From: an uncultured Candidatus Rokubacteria bacterium
GTDB lineage: Bacteria; Methylomirabilota; Methylomirabilia; Rokubacteriales; DASRDR01
Direction of reading: 5' to 3'
Assembly: GCA_963826115.1 (NCBI GenBank)
Contig: CAWGVS010000012.1
Span: forward strand, 256,001-320,000
DNA: 64,000 nt
Below are positions 10,002 to 20,697 of this stretch, in pieces. Position numbers and translations under genes: made by a program. The stretch's first letter is position 1. The number at the start of each line of letters is the position of its first letter. The notes under the pieces are model-generated. The model had not been told where the DNA came from and searched no databases. It worked only from the letters and a program-made list of their open reading frames with translations.

Positions 10002-11027
10002 ATGCACGCCCTCGAGAGCTCGATCGCGCTCGTCGCGGACGGCCCCGCCCTCGCCCGGCGGATGGCCCGGGACGGGTATCTCTACCTGCCCGGCCTCCTG
10101 CCCACGGAGGCGGTGTCTGGCGTCCAGGCCGACGTCGCCGCGATCGCGCGCGACGCGGGATGGCTGCGGGCCGACGCGCCCCTCGCCGCCGCCGTCGCGG
10201 ACCCGGGCGGCTTCTGCGTCGACCCCGACCCGCGGTATCTCGAGGTCCTGCGCCGGATCAACCGTCTCGAGCGCTATCACGCGTTGAAGCACCACCCGGC
10301 GCTGCTTGGCCTCTTCGAGCGCCTCCTCGGCGCCCCCGCGTTCCCGCACCCCCGGGTGCTGATGCGGAACATCTTCCCGGGCGCGCCCGAGTACACGACC
10401 AAGGCGCACCAGGACTACCCGAACGTGCAGGGGACCACCGAGGTGTACACGGCGTGGATCCCCCTGATCGACTGCCCGTCCGAGGTCGGCGGGCTCCAGG
10501 TGGCGCGCGGCTCCCACCAGCTCGGCGTGCTCGACTTCGGGATCGGCAACGGCGCGGGCGGCATCGAGATCCTCGACCCGCTCGAGGACCGGTGGACGGG
10601 CGGCCCCATGCGCGTCGGGGACGTGCTCGTCTTCCACAGCCTCACGGTGCACAAGGGGATCGAGAACCGGAGCGCGCGACTCCGGATGTCCATGGACTGC
10701 CGCTTCCAGCGCGTGCGCGACCCGTTCAACCCGGACAACGCCAACCCCGACGGCCAGCCCCTCCGCTGGGAGGACGTCTACGCGGGGTGGCGATCCGACG
10801 AGCTCCAGTACTACTGGACTCGGCTCCCGCTCACCTCCGCGGCGTTCGACCGGACGTGGTTCGACCGGCGGGACGCGCTCGGATTCGAGCTCGGCGAGGC
10901 CGGCGACCCCCGCGCGCGCTCGGTGCTCCAGCGGATCGTCGCGCGCGACGCCGACCCTCGGAAGCGCGAGCGGGCCGCGCGGCTCCTCGCCGCCCTGGAC
11001 GCGGGCGACCCCTCCCCCCGCGCCTGA
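10002..11027 (+). CDS. Phytanoyl-CoA dioxygenase (PhyH) family Fe(II)/2OG oxygenase
   Basis: RDGYLYL, HQD facial triad, [29 protein letters not shown]. Confidence 0.85.
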   Translation: MHALESSIALVADGPALARRMARDGYLYLPGLLPTEAVSGVQADVAAIARDAGWLRADAPLAAAVADPGGFCVDPDPRYLEVLRRINRLERYHALKHHPALLGLFERLLGAPAFPHPRVLMRNIFPGAPEYTTKAHQDYPNVQGTTEVYTAWIPLIDCPSEVGGLQVARGSHQLGVLDFGIGNGAGGIEILDPLEDRWTGGPMRVGDVLVFHSLTVHKGIENRSARLRMSMDCRFQRVRDPFNPDNANPDGQPLRWEDVYAGWRSDELQYYWTRLPLTSAAFDRTWFDRRDALGFELGEAGDPRARSVLQRIVARDADPRKRERAARLLAALDAGDPSPRA

Positions 11028-11064
11028 CGCGCGGGGTACGAGGGTTCCGTGAGTCTCCCCGGCG

Positions 11065-11665
11065 CGCCGTCGCCTGCCACGCCCAGCCGATGCGCGAGTC
11101 GCGGAGCCGCGCCGACGCGAAGAGGGCGAGGAGCGCCGCGACCAGGAACAGGTAGTAGTACTGGCCGTTCCGCGTCGCCGCGTAGCCGAGGAAGTGGGGC
11201 GCGTCGATTGTCACGATCCCGCTCGGCCCGCCCGGTGATGTTGATCGGCCGGTCCAGGTTGATGAGGAGCAGGTACGTGATCTCGCCGAACCCGAGCGTC
11301 ACGATGGCCAGGTAGTCGCCGCGGAGCCGGAGCGTCGGCGCGCCGATCAGGACGCCGGCCAGCGCGGTCACGACGACGACGATCGGCAGGATGACGACCG
11401 TCGGCCAGTGGACGCCGAAGTGCGGCGACGCGAGGAAGGCGTAGATGTACGAGCCGATGCCGAAGAACGCCACGTAGCCGAGGTCGAGGAGGCCGGCGAA
11501 GCCCGACGACGACGTTGAGGCCGAGGGCCAGCGTCGCGTAGAGGCCGATGCGCGTCGCCACGCCGATCCAGTAGTCGTTCGGGGCCACCAGCGGGAACAG
11601 GATCGCCGCCGCCAGGAGCGCGGCGCCGAGCCACCGGCGGCGCGGTCGGCTCGCCCGGCGCTCAT
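11065..11665 (-). pseudogene. livM: LivM-like permease, frameshifted and 3'-truncated
   Basis: LivM segments (LGLNVVVG / [16 protein letters not shown] / [17 protein letters not shown] / SRIGWAWQA) lie in different frames with indels near 11640, 11503 and 11228; similarity stops near 11070. Confidence 0.75.
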
Positions 11666-12606
11666 CAGACCTTCTCCGACTCCGGGACCGACTCGCCGAG
11701 CAGGCCCGCCGGGCGGACGACGAGGGTCACGATCAGGATCACGAAGGCCACCACGTCCTTGTACGCGGGATTCATGAACGTCACCGCGAGGCTCTCCACG
11801 AGCCCGAGGATCAGCCCGCCGAGCATCGCGCCCCGGATGTTCCCGATCCCGCCGAGCACCGCCGCCGTGAACGCCTTGAGCCCGGCCGAGTAGCCCATGA
11901 AGAAGTCGATCTGCGTGTAGTAGAGGCCCACCAGCACGCCGCCGGCCCCGCCCAGGGCGGACCCGAGGAAGAACGTGACGCCGATCACCCACCGGACGTT
12001 GACGCCCATCACCGCGGCCATCTCGCGGTCCTCGGCCACCGCCCGGATGGAGCGCCCGAGGGTCGTGCGCTGCACCAGGAGATTCAGGCCGCCCATCATC
12101 AGGAGGGCGCCGCCGATCATCACGAGCACCAGCACGGACACGCTCACGCCGCCGATGTCGAACGTCCACGCCCGCGGGAACAGGAGTCCGGTCATGAAGA
12201 CCTTCATGCGGGCGCCCTGCGTCAGCATGATGGCGTTCTGGATGAAGATGGACGCGCCCACCGCGCTGATGAGGGGGCCGAGCCGGGTCGCGCCGCGCGT
12301 GTAGAGCGGCCGGTAGGCGAAGCGCTCGAGGGCCGTTCCCACGAGCCCGGCGCCCGCCATCGCCAGGGTCAGCATCAGCGGCAGAACCCAGATCGGGTGG
12401 AGGCCGCCGATCTTCTCGCGAAGCAAGAGGGCCAGCACCCACCAGCCCACGTACGCGCCGATCGTGAAGATGTCGCCGTGCGCGAAGTTGATCATGAACA
12501 GGATGCCGTACACCATCGTGTAGCCCAGCGCGATGAGGCCGTAGACCGAGCCCAGCGCCAGCCCGAAGACGAGCTGCTGCGGCAAGATCTGGAGGATGTC
12601 GCTCAC
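11665..12606 (-). CDS. livH: Branched-chain amino acid ABC permease LivH
   Basis: [49 protein letters not shown]; GTG start at 12606. Confidence 0.9.
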   Translation of the reverse strand: MSDILQILPQQLVFGLALGSVYGLIALGYTMVYGILFMINFAHGDIFTIGAYVGWWVLALLLREKIGGLHPIWVLPLMLTLAMAGAGLVGTALERFAYRPLYTRGATRLGPLISAVGASIFIQNAIMLTQGARMKVFMTGLLFPRAWTFDIGGVSVSVLVLVMIGGALLMMGGLNLLVQRTTLGRSIRAVAEDREMAAVMGVNVRWVIGVTFFLGSALGGAGGVLVGLYYTQIDFFMGYSAGLKAFTAAVLGGIGNIRGAMLGGLILGLVESLAVTFMNPAYKDVVAFVILIVTLVVRPAGLLGESVPESEKV

Positions 12607-12631
12607 CGCGCCGGGTCCTTCCCCGCCGGGC

Positions 12632-13363
12632 TCACGCGGACGCCGCCTCGTCCACCTCGCCGAGGTACGCGCGGCGGATGTGGTCGGCGCGGAGCAGCGC
12701 GTCGGCGGTGTCCGTGACGACGATGCGGCCGTTCTGGAGCACGTAGCCCCGATGCGCGATGCCAAGCGCCACCGTCGCGTTCTGCTCGACCACCAGGATG
12801 GTGGTCCCCTGCCGGTTGATCGTCTGGATGATGTCGAACACCTGGTCGACGAGGGCCGGCGAGAGACCCATCGACGGCTCGTCCATCAGCAGGAGACGCG
12901 GCCGCGCCATCAGCGCGCGGGCCATGGCCAGCATCTGCTGCTCGCCGCCGGACAGCGTGCCGCCCTTCTGCTGCGCCCGCTCGCGGAGCCGGGGGAACAG
13001 CGTGTAGACGCGCTCCAGGTCCTGGCCGAGCTCCGCCGGGGACTCGCGGCGCCGCGTGTAGGCGCCCATCGTGAGGTTCTCCCACACGGTCATGCGCCCG
13101 AAGATCCGGCGCGCCTCGGGAACGAGGGAGATGCCGCGGCTCACGATCGATTCCGTCGGCAGCCCGTCGATGCGCTGGCCCTCGAACTCGACGCGCCCCT
13201 GACGGGGCCGCACGATCCCGAGGATCGTCTTCATCGTGGTGGACTTCCCGGACGCGTTCCCGCCCAGGAGGCAGACGATCTCGCCCGCCCGCACCTCGAG
13301 GTTCACGGACTTCAGGACCTGGATGGGCCCGTAGTAGGTGACGACGTCCGCGAGCCTAAGCAC
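12632..13363 (-). CDS. livF: ABC ATP-binding protein LivF
   Basis: GGNASGKST, LSGGEQQMLA, MDEPSMGL, VEQN. Confidence 0.9.
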   Translation of the reverse strand: MLRLADVVTYYGPIQVLKSVNLEVRAGEIVCLLGGNASGKSTTMKTILGIVRPRQGRVEFEGQRIDGLPTESIVSRGISLVPEARRIFGRMTVWENLTMGAYTRRRESPAELGQDLERVYTLFPRLRERAQQKGGTLSGGEQQMLAMARALMARPRLLLMDEPSMGLSPALVDQVFDIIQTINRQGTTILVVEQNATVALGIAHRGYVLQNGRIVVTDTADALLRADHIRRAYLGEVDEAASA

Positions 13364-14146
13364 GGCCGCCCCGGCGCCCCAGGTACGCCTCGAGGACGGC
13401 CGGCGTGTCCCGGACCGCCTCGAACGCGCCCTCGGCGATCTTCGTCCCGTGGTCGAGCGCGACGACGCGCTCGCAGATCCCGCGGACCAGGCCCATGTCG
13501 TGCTCGATCAGCAGGATCGCGACGCCCCGGTCCCGGATCCGGACGATGTCCCGCATGAGCTCGCGGGTCTCGGTGGGATTCATGCCGGCCGCGGGCTCGT
13601 CGAGGAGGAGGAGCCGCGGCTCGGTAGCGAGAGCCCGCGCGATCTCGAGCCGCCGCCGGTTCGCGTAGGAGAGCGTCCCCGCCGGCTCGGCGATCCGGGG
13701 CCGCAGCCGGTCGCCGAAGAGCCCGAGCAGGACCTCCGCGCGCTCCCGGGTGCGCTGGACCTCTGCGCGCACCGCGGGGACGCCGAGCAGCACGCCCGCG
13801 ATACCGGCGCGCGTGCGACAGTGCATCCCCACGAGCACGTTCTCCAGCACGGTCATCTGGTTGAACAGCCGCTGGTTCTGGAACGTGCGCGCGATGCCGA
13901 GCGCCGTGATGGCGTGGAGGGGAGCCCGGCCAGCTCCGCCGGCGCGCCGGCCGGCCCGAGAAAGGTCATGCGGCCGGCGGTGCTACGGTAGATCCCCGTC
14001 AGGAGGTTGAAGACCGTCGTCTTGCCCGAGCCGTTGGGCCCGATCAGGCCGACGATCTCGCCGGGCTCGACCCGGAGGTCGAGCTCGTGGACGGCCCGGA
14101 GGCCGCCGAAGGCCTTGCTGAGACGCTGCGTCTCCAGGAGGGCCAT
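13356..14146 (-). pseudogene. livG: ABC ATP-binding protein LivG with a 1-nt frameshift near 13915 (pseudogene or sequencing error)
   Basis: N-half (GPNGSGKTT) and C-half (GIARTFQN, LSYANRRRLEIA, LLLDEP, IEHDM) are in different frames; one C is missing in CTCCCCTCC(C)ACGCC. Confidence 0.8.
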
Positions 14147-14174
14147 CGGCGGCCGGCCGGGCGCTGGTCCGGTC

Positions 14175-15317
14175 CTACTTCACGACCAGGGTCTTGACCT
14201 GCTCGAAGCCGGTCCCCTTCACCTGGTAGACGAAGATGACGCCGCCGGCGACGTCGCCCTTGTCATCGAAGGTCAGCGGAATGCCGAGAATGCCCTTGTA
14301 CTCCTTGGTGGCGCGGACCGCGTCGCGGATCGCCGCCCGGTCCGTCTTCCCCACCTTCTTGATCGCCTCGAGGATGATGTTGGCCGCCTCGTACGCGAGG
14401 GGCCCGTAGGAGCTGACCGGGCCGTACTTCGCCTCGAACGACTTCACGAAGGCGGCTGCGGCCGGGATCTTCTTCAGGTCGGGCGCGAGGAAGGTGACGT
14501 AGTTGCCCTCCGCCGCGCCGCCCGCGGCCTGGATGTAGTCCACCGGCTCGAACTGGCCGTCCGGGCCGATCATCCGGACCTTGCCGAGGCCCACGTCCGG
14601 CAGCTGCTTGGCGATGAGCGCCGCCTCCGGCGCCCACAGGCTCGCGTAGATGACGTTCGTATCCTTGGGAAGCGTGCCGAGCACCGCGCGGAAGTCCTTG
14701 TCCCCCGCCCGCACCACGTACCGGAGCGCGGTGGCGCCCATCGCCTTCGCCTTCTTCTCGACCTCGTCGGCGGCGCCCTTCGGCCCCGTCGTCCCGTCGT
14801 CGAAGATCGCGATCTTCTTCGCCTTGAGCTCCTCGATGGCGAAGATGGCGCCGGCCGGGCCCTGCGCGTCGTCGCGCGCGCACACGCGGTTCGTGTTCTT
14901 GAGGCCGCGGTCGGTCACCTTCGGGTTCGTGCAGCCCGGGCTGATGAGGGGGATCGCAACCCGCTCCAGCACCTCGGAGACCGGAATGCACGTCACGCTG
15001 GTGATCCCCCAGACGGCGCCCATGACGGCGGGATCGGCCGCGACCTTCTCCGCCGCCGCCACGCCCACCTGCGGGTTCCCCTGGTCGTCGGCGTCCATGA
15101 CCTCGATCTTCTTCCCGAGGACGCCGCCCTTCGCGTTCCACTCCTCCACCGCCAGCTTGACGGCGTTCGCGACTTCCTGCCCCTGCTTCGCGAGCGGCCC
15201 CGTGAGGGGCACGCCGGCCGCGATCTTGATGGTCTGCTGGGCCTCGGCCGCCGGCCCGGCCAGCGCAACGGCTAGGGCGAGCCCCACACCCACGATCATT
15301 CGTCCGCGCATTCGCAT
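14175..15317 (-). CDS. livK: Branched-chain amino acid ABC substrate-binding protein (LivK/LivJ-like)
   Basis: Signal peptide; PLTG, DDQGNP, RVCARDDAQG, TFDDKGD; AAGGAGG SD. Confidence 0.85.
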   Translation of the reverse strand: MRMRGRMIVGVGLALAVALAGPAAEAQQTIKIAAGVPLTGPLAKQGQEVANAVKLAVEEWNAKGGVLGKKIEVMDADDQGNPQVGVAAAEKVAADPAVMGAVWGITSVTCIPVSEVLERVAIPLISPGCTNPKVTDRGLKNTNRVCARDDAQGPAGAIFAIEELKAKKIAIFDDGTTGPKGAADEVEKKAKAMGATALRYVVRAGDKDFRAVLGTLPKDTNVIYASLWAPEAALIAKQLPDVGLGKVRMIGPDGQFEPVDYIQAAGGAAEGNYVTFLAPDLKKIPAAAAFVKSFEAKYGPVSSYGPLAYEAANIILEAIKKVGKTDRAAIRDAVRATKEYKGILGIPLTFDDKGDVAGGVIFVYQVKGTGFEQVKTLVVK

Positions 15318-15357
15318 CAGTTCCTCCTTCGCTGGTGAATGACGACCGCGTGCCGGG

Positions 15358-16674
15358 TCAGGGCAGCGCGCGCTCCGCCTGCAGATCGGCCACCGCCTTG
15401 CCCACCGCCACCGCCGTCTCCTCGATCTCACGGTCTCCGTGGACGGCCGAGACCCACCCATGGTTGGCGGACATGTCGACGCCGTGCAGGATCAGCGCGC
15501 AGCGCCACTTGTGAACCAGGCTCGCGTCCCGCTTCTTCCCCGCCTCGGGTGGCCCCTCGAGCGAGATGTGGCAGACGGAGACGTCCCCGTACGCGACGCA
15601 CGGCGCCCCGGCCTTCCGGAAGACGTCGTTGAGCGCGGCGCGCAGCTCCGCCCCGCGGGCGTTGGCGGTCTCGTGGTGCTTGCCGTCCGCGATCTGGGAC
15701 AGCATGGAAATCCCCGCCGTCGCGGTGAGCGGGTTGGAGTTGTAGGTCCCGTTCTGCGCCACGCGGCCCTGCCGGTTCCGCAGCGCATCGGTACCGAACG
15801 CCATCTGGCTCAAGATCGCGCGCTTCCCGCACACCGCTGCGCCCGGCAGCCCGCCCGCCACGATCTTCGCGAGGGTGGTCATGTCCGGGGTGATGCCGTA
15901 GTACTCCTGCGCCCCGCCGGGCGCGTAGCGGAACCCGGTGATGACCTCGTCGAAGATCAGCACGAGGTTGCGGTCGGACGTGAGCTGGCGGAGGTCCTTC
16001 AGAAAGCCCGGGTCGATCGGATCGGTGCCGGCCTGGGCGCCGCTCGGCTCGAGGATCACCGTGCCGATGTCGTCGCGGCTCTTGACCAGGCGCTCAAGGG
16101 CGCCCATGTCGTTCGCGGGCGACAGCAGCACCTCGCCGAGCACCGGGCCGGGGATCCCGGCCGACATGGGGATCTCGAAGGGCGGGTTCACACCGGTCGC
16201 CACGCCGTCGGCCCAGCCGTGGAAGTGGCCGGTGAACTTCACGAGCTTCGGCCGGCCAGAGTAGGCCCGCGCCAGCCGGATGGCGAGGTGCGTCGCCTCC
16301 GTCCCCGACATCGTGAACCGCACCATCTCGGCCGAGGGGATGAGCTTCGTGATCCAGTCGGCCCACTCGACCTCGAGCTTGTGGCACGCGCCGTAGTGCG
16401 TGCCGAGGCTCACCTGCCGCTTCACCGCCTCGACCATCGCGGGGTGGGAGTGCCCGAGGAACAGGGCTCCGTGGCCCATCCAGTAGTCGATGTACTCCCG
16501 GCCGTCCACGTCCCACTTGCGGGGCCCGGCGGCCCGCGCCACGTAGAGCGGGAAGGGAACCAGGTGGCGGCTGTCGTGCGTGATCCCGCCCGGGATGATG
16601 CGGCACGCCTTCTCCCACTCCGTCCAGGAGCCTGGCAGGGCCTTGCGGTATCGCTCGGCGATGGTCTCGCCCAT
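15358..16674 (-). CDS. Class-III PLP aminotransferase (GSA-aminomutase-like, not canonical HemL), copy 1
   Basis: WDVDGREYID, SGTEAT, FHGW, LIFDEVITGFR, PD...LAK(PLP)IVAGG. Confidence 0.85.
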   Translation of the reverse strand: MGETIAERYRKALPGSWTEWEKACRIIPGGITHDSRHLVPFPLYVARAAGPRKWDVDGREYIDYWMGHGALFLGHSHPAMVEAVKRQVSLGTHYGACHKLEVEWADWITKLIPSAEMVRFTMSGTEATHLAIRLARAYSGRPKLVKFTGHFHGWADGVATGVNPPFEIPMSAGIPGPVLGEVLLSPANDMGALERLVKSRDDIGTVILEPSGAQAGTDPIDPGFLKDLRQLTSDRNLVLIFDEVITGFRYAPGGAQEYYGITPDMTTLAKIVAGGLPGAAVCGKRAILSQMAFGTDALRNRQGRVAQNGTYNSNPLTATAGISMLSQIADGKHHETANARGAELRAALNDVFRKAGAPCVAYGDVSVCHISLEGPPEAGKKRDASLVHKWRCALILHGVDMSANHGWVSAVHGDREIEETAVAVGKAVADLQAERALP

Positions 16675-16824
16675 GGGAAGATCCTCCTCAGTAGGGGCGC
16701 CGCTCCGCGAGCCGCGCGCCCGTTCCGGTGCGTCGGACGTAGGCGTCTACTATGAGACCCGCACGCCCCCCGTCAAGACGCCCCGAACGGGGCGCGGGGA
16801 CCGACGGCGCGGGCGGGAGCCGCG

Positions 16825-17973
16825 CTACGCGGTCGGGGTCAGCCGCGCGGCCCGCGTCACGTGGTTGTCCCAGCGGGCCGCGGAGATGAACGGCGTGGAC
16901 AGGGCCGTCGTCCGGCCTTCGCGCGGATCCACGCGCACGGCCCCGCCGCGGCCACTGGTCAGGAGGAACGCGCCGGACGTCTCGTCGGCCGCGAGGCCGC
17001 ACCCGTCCGGGAGGTCGACCGTGCCGACCACGGCGGCCGTCGCGAGCTCCCAGAAGACCGCCACGCCGCCGCGCGGACACGAGACTCCGAGGAGCGTGCC
17101 CGTGGCGTCGACCGCCGCGGCGCCGCAGTACCCGCGCATGCGCGGCGTCACCGCCGGCCCCGCGTCGAGCACGGTCAGGCCAGCGCGGCGGCGCCAGACC
17201 GCCGCCAGGGGCACGAGGTCGTCCACGTCACCCTCGTCCTGGGCGGCGACCGCGATCAGGTCGCCCTGTCCGATCGCCAGGTGCCGAAGGCTCAACCGCC
17301 AGAACGGCTCGGGCAACCGCCCCTCGGCGAGGAGACGCCCGTCGCGCGCCGCGAGGAGCGCGAGGGTCGGGCGCATCCGGTCACGGTCGAGCTTGACGCC
17401 CGGCGCGTCGGCGTGCGTCACGATGCCGCCGTTGGCGACCACCAGCGTCTGCCCGTCCCCGAGGACCGCCACCTCGTGAGGGCCGACGCCGTGGCTCGCG
17501 ACCTCCCCGATTCGCCGGTATCCGCGATCGGGATCGTAGCGGCCGATGAGGCCCTTCCCCTCGTCCCCGACCTCCTCGGTCGCGCAGAGGAGCCCGCCGT
17601 CGCCCGTGTAGGTCCCGTGGCCGCAGAAGTGCCGGCCCGGCGCCGCCTCGATCGTGGCGAGGGCGCGCCCGCCGACGAGGTCGATCACGGTCGCCGTGCG
17701 TCCGGGTCGCCGCGAGAACAGAACCGCCTCCGGCCGGCGCGGGTGCACGGCGAACGCGTGGCCCCGCCCGGCCAGGACGACGTCGAGCGCCGGCGCGCCC
17801 GTCGCGTCGAAGCCGCTCGCGTGCGGCTGGCCGAGCGTGTCGTTCCGCGCGCTCAGGTAGAGCGCGCCGCCGGGCGCCGAGTCCGCGGCGCTCGGCGTCA
17901 GGAGCAGCGCGCCCAGCCCCGCGAGGAGCGCTCGACGGGTCAGGGGGCCGGGCTCAGTCGCCGTCGAGCGCAT
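16825..17973 (-). CDS. DUF1513 family Tat-exported beta-propeller protein
   Basis: TRRALL Tat motif; RGH, RRPG, HFCGHG, GVGPHE, VANGGI, SLRHL, WDNH. Confidence 0.85.
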   Translation of the reverse strand: MRSTATEPGPLTRRALLAGLGALLLTPSAADSAPGGALYLSARNDTLGQPHASGFDATGAPALDVVLAGRGHAFAVHPRRPEAVLFSRRPGRTATVIDLVGGRALATIEAAPGRHFCGHGTYTGDGGLLCATEEVGDEGKGLIGRYDPDRGYRRIGEVASHGVGPHEVAVLGDGQTLVVANGGIVTHADAPGVKLDRDRMRPTLALLAARDGRLLAEGRLPEPFWRLSLRHLAIGQGDLIAVAAQDEGDVDDLVPLAAVWRRRAGLTVLDAGPAVTPRMRGYCGAAAVDATGTLLGVSCPRGGVAVFWELATAAVVGTVDLPDGCGLAADETSGAFLLTSGRGGAVRVDPREGRTTALSTPFISAARWDNHVTRAARLTPTA

Positions 17974-19090
17974 TGAATCCGAGCGGGAGGTCGAGCGCGG
18001 TGGTGAGGTGCTCGGCCACGGCGTGGCTCAGGCCTCGAACCTCCTTCAGGAGGCGCGCGACCGCGGGGCGCGTCCGCGGGGTCTTCACCGCCACGTCGAG
18101 GGTGCCCGGAATCCGGTCGGCCGCCGCGATGCAGGCGTCGAAACCGCGGCGCAGCCGGGCGTCGATCTCGGGCGCCGCCGCGACCTCCCGGACGAAGTCG
18201 CTGAGCCCCCATCCGCCGTCGCCGAGATAGAGCGCGCGGGCGGCGGCCAGGTTCAGCCGTAGGTTCCGGAGCGACCGGCCGCTCCGCCATTCCTCGGCCA
18301 GCATCGGACGGGCCCCCGCCACGGAGGGCCCGAGCGGCCGGGCGAGCTTGAGGCTCTCGATCCGCTGGAGCGCGCCGTGGAGGCTCCGGAGGAGCTCCAT
18401 CGTGGCGTCCTTCGGCTCCGGGTAGGCCGCGTTCCCGGGCCCCGCGGTTTCCATCCGGCGCGCGTACGCGGTCTCGCCGCCGGTCCACTCGCGGTGCACC
18501 TCGCCGGCGATCGTGGTCGCGTTCCGCGCGATCGCTTCGAGCACCTGGCAGCGACGCGCCGTCTCGTCACCGCCTCGCCGGAAGGCCGCCAGCGCGCCCT
18601 CGTCGAAGAGGAGACGCTCCACCGCCGGGAGCCCCTGGACGGCCGCGCTGACGTGCCGGAAGCCCTCGACGGTCAGGACCGCCGCGTCGCGTCCGGCGAG
18701 GAGCTCCGCGAGCTGCCGTCCCGTGGCGTTCCGGGGATCGGGCCAGAACGCGAACCGCTCGGCGCGGAGGCGTGACTGGATCGGTCCGGCCTGGACGTGC
18801 TCGACAGTTTGCCAGGCGTCGGCGGCCCCGTGATACGCGGTCCGGACCTCGTCGAGCGCCGCGGTCGCCGGCGCCTCGCAGAAGCGGCGGGCGGCGGCCT
18901 CCAGGTCGGCGGTCGCGCCGGCGAGCCGCGCATAGCGGGGCACCACGTGATGCGTGACGAACGACTCGTTCAGTCGCCGGTACGCCGGCTCGCGCTCCGC
19001 GTCGGCGCCGGCAGGGCCCGCGAGCAGGACGGTCCACACCGCGGCCAGGACGACCGCCCGCCACGACCCTCCTCGCCGGGTGGACGTCAC
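17954..19090 (-). CDS. Imelysin-like protein (IrpA/PibA type, GxxxxE)
   Basis: Signal peptide; FWPD.RN, VQGLPAVE.LLF, KL..PLG, C-terminal GFNALDGD. Confidence 0.85.
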   Translation of the reverse strand: MTSTRRGGSWRAVVLAAVWTVLLAGPAGADAEREPAYRRLNESFVTHHVVPRYARLAGATADLEAAARRFCEAPATAALDEVRTAYHGAADAWQTVEHVQAGPIQSRLRAERFAFWPDPRNATGRQLAELLAGRDAAVLTVEGFRHVSAAVQGLPAVERLLFDEGALAAFRRGGDETARRCQVLEAIARNATTIAGEVHREWTGGETAYARRMETAGPGNAAYPEPKDATMELLRSLHGALQRIESLKLARPLGPSVAGARPMLAEEWRSGRSLRNLRLNLAAARALYLGDGGWGLSDFVREVAAAPEIDARLRRGFDACIAAADRIPGTLDVAVKTPRTRPAVARLLKEVRGLSHAVAEHLTTALDLPLGFNALDGD

Positions 19091-19099
19091 GGGACGATC

Positions 19100-20683
19100 C
19101 TAGAGCGACCCCAGGAACGCCAGCAACGCCTCGCGCTCCTCGGGAGTCATCCGGACGACGCGCTGCTTGGCGGCCTCCGCCTCGCCGCCGTGCCAGAGCA
19201 CCGCCTCGAGGAGACTCCGCGCGCGGCCGTCGTGCAGGAAGCGCGTGTGGCCGCTGACGACGGGCGTGAGGCCGATGCCCCAGAGCGGCGGCGTCCGCCA
19301 CTCCTGTCCGGTGGCCCGCCCTTCCGGCCGGTCGTCGGCGAGCCCTGGCCCCATGTCGTGCAGCAAGAGATCCGTGTAGGGCCAGATGAGCTGGCGGCTC
19401 AGCTCGGGCCGCTCGGGCTCGACGCGCGTCAGGTACTTCGCCGTGTGGCACGCCGGACAGCCCGTCCGATAGAAGGCCCGCTTCCCGCGCAGCACCTCCG
19501 GAGCGTCGACGCGACGTCGGAGCGGCACCGCGAGGTTCCGGGCGTAGAAGACGACCAGGTCGAACATCGTGGGCGCGACCTCGACGCCGGGAGGCTCGTC
19601 CGCCCCGGACGGCGCGCCGCGACAGAGCGCCTGGGCCGCCGTGCAGTCTCCCGCCGCCGCGGGCAAGAGCTCCGTCGACAGCCCCATGTCGCCGCTGAAC
19701 GCGCCCGCCGTCTGGTCCCGGATCGTCGCGCGGGCCGCCTTCCAGCCGAACCGACCGAGCATCGGCCGCCCGTGCTCCATGCTCCACACGGAGTTCGGAC
19801 GTCCCGAGATACCGTCGCCGTCGCGGTCGTCGGGATCCGCGCGCGCCAGGATGTCGGCTTCGTCCACCAGCTCCAGCAGGCCGAGCCCGATCATCGGTGC
19901 CGCCACCCGGGGCGAGACGAGAACGTCCGATCGCATCGGCCCGTACCCGAGATCCACGATCTGATAGCGGGGCCGCCGCAGGTGGACGATCGCGCCGCCG
20001 TGGAGGGCCACTGGGCGGTCCTCGTAGGTGATCCGCACGCGGGCCTCGGGTGCGTGGCCCTGGATCGCGAACCCCTGGAGCTGCCCCCCGTAGGTCGGCT
20101 CCGGCACGATCGTCTGCCGGCCTTCCTCGATCGCCTGGCGCTCGGCGTCCGTGCCCGGCGGCACGCTCAGCCGGAACAGCATCGTGGTGCCATCTCCGTC
20201 CGGCCACCGGCCGCCATCGGCGGGGTGCCCGCGGCCATCCTTCAGGTGACAGCTCTGGCAGGAGCGGGCGTTGTAGAGGGGGCCGAGCCCGTCCGACGAC
20301 TTCGTGGACGACGGCGCCGAGACCCACAGCTTCCGGAAGATCCCGTCGCCGACCTTGAAATCGAGCTGCTGCGCGAAGGTGAGGGTCGACGAGAAATGGG
20401 AGAACGAGCTGCGGCCGACCGCGTGGCGCGACGTCGCCGCGCCGCCCGGCAGCTCCTCGTCGGGCTCGGGCGCCGAGAAGTCGCGGGGCGGCGCGAGCAG
20501 CGCCGCCCGATCGGTGGCGTCGAGACCCGGCGCCGGCGGGGACTCCGGCCCGTCGGCGCCGAGGACCCCCGCCAGCACGACCAGTCCGGCCGCCGCGGCC
20601 AAGAGGGCGCCCAGCGCGGCCCGGGGCAGGCGGGGGGCGAGTCCCGCGCCTCGCCCCCTGTCCGCTCCCCGCGCCGCTTGCAT
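19100..20683 (-). CDS. Di-haem oxidoreductase (DUF1111/DHOR family)
   Basis: DGLGPLYNARSCQSCH, GRFGWKA, CPACH, PYTDLLLHDMG, WRTPPLWG, LHDGRAR. Confidence 0.9.
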   Translation of the reverse strand: MQAARGADRGRGAGLAPRLPRAALGALLAAAAGLVVLAGVLGADGPESPPAPGLDATDRAALLAPPRDFSAPEPDEELPGGAATSRHAVGRSSFSHFSSTLTFAQQLDFKVGDGIFRKLWVSAPSSTKSSDGLGPLYNARSCQSCHLKDGRGHPADGGRWPDGDGTTMLFRLSVPPGTDAERQAIEEGRQTIVPEPTYGGQLQGFAIQGHAPEARVRITYEDRPVALHGGAIVHLRRPRYQIVDLGYGPMRSDVLVSPRVAAPMIGLGLLELVDEADILARADPDDRDGDGISGRPNSVWSMEHGRPMLGRFGWKAARATIRDQTAGAFSGDMGLSTELLPAAAGDCTAAQALCRGAPSGADEPPGVEVAPTMFDLVVFYARNLAVPLRRRVDAPEVLRGKRAFYRTGCPACHTAKYLTRVEPERPELSRQLIWPYTDLLLHDMGPGLADDRPEGRATGQEWRTPPLWGIGLTPVVSGHTRFLHDGRARSLLEAVLWHGGEAEAAKQRVVRMTPEEREALLAFLGSL

Positions 20684-20697
20684 CGAGACCCGCCTGG

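Noticed and set aside
15358-16674. hemL annotation
   Set aside because: Lacks HemL-specific motifs and haem-pathway context
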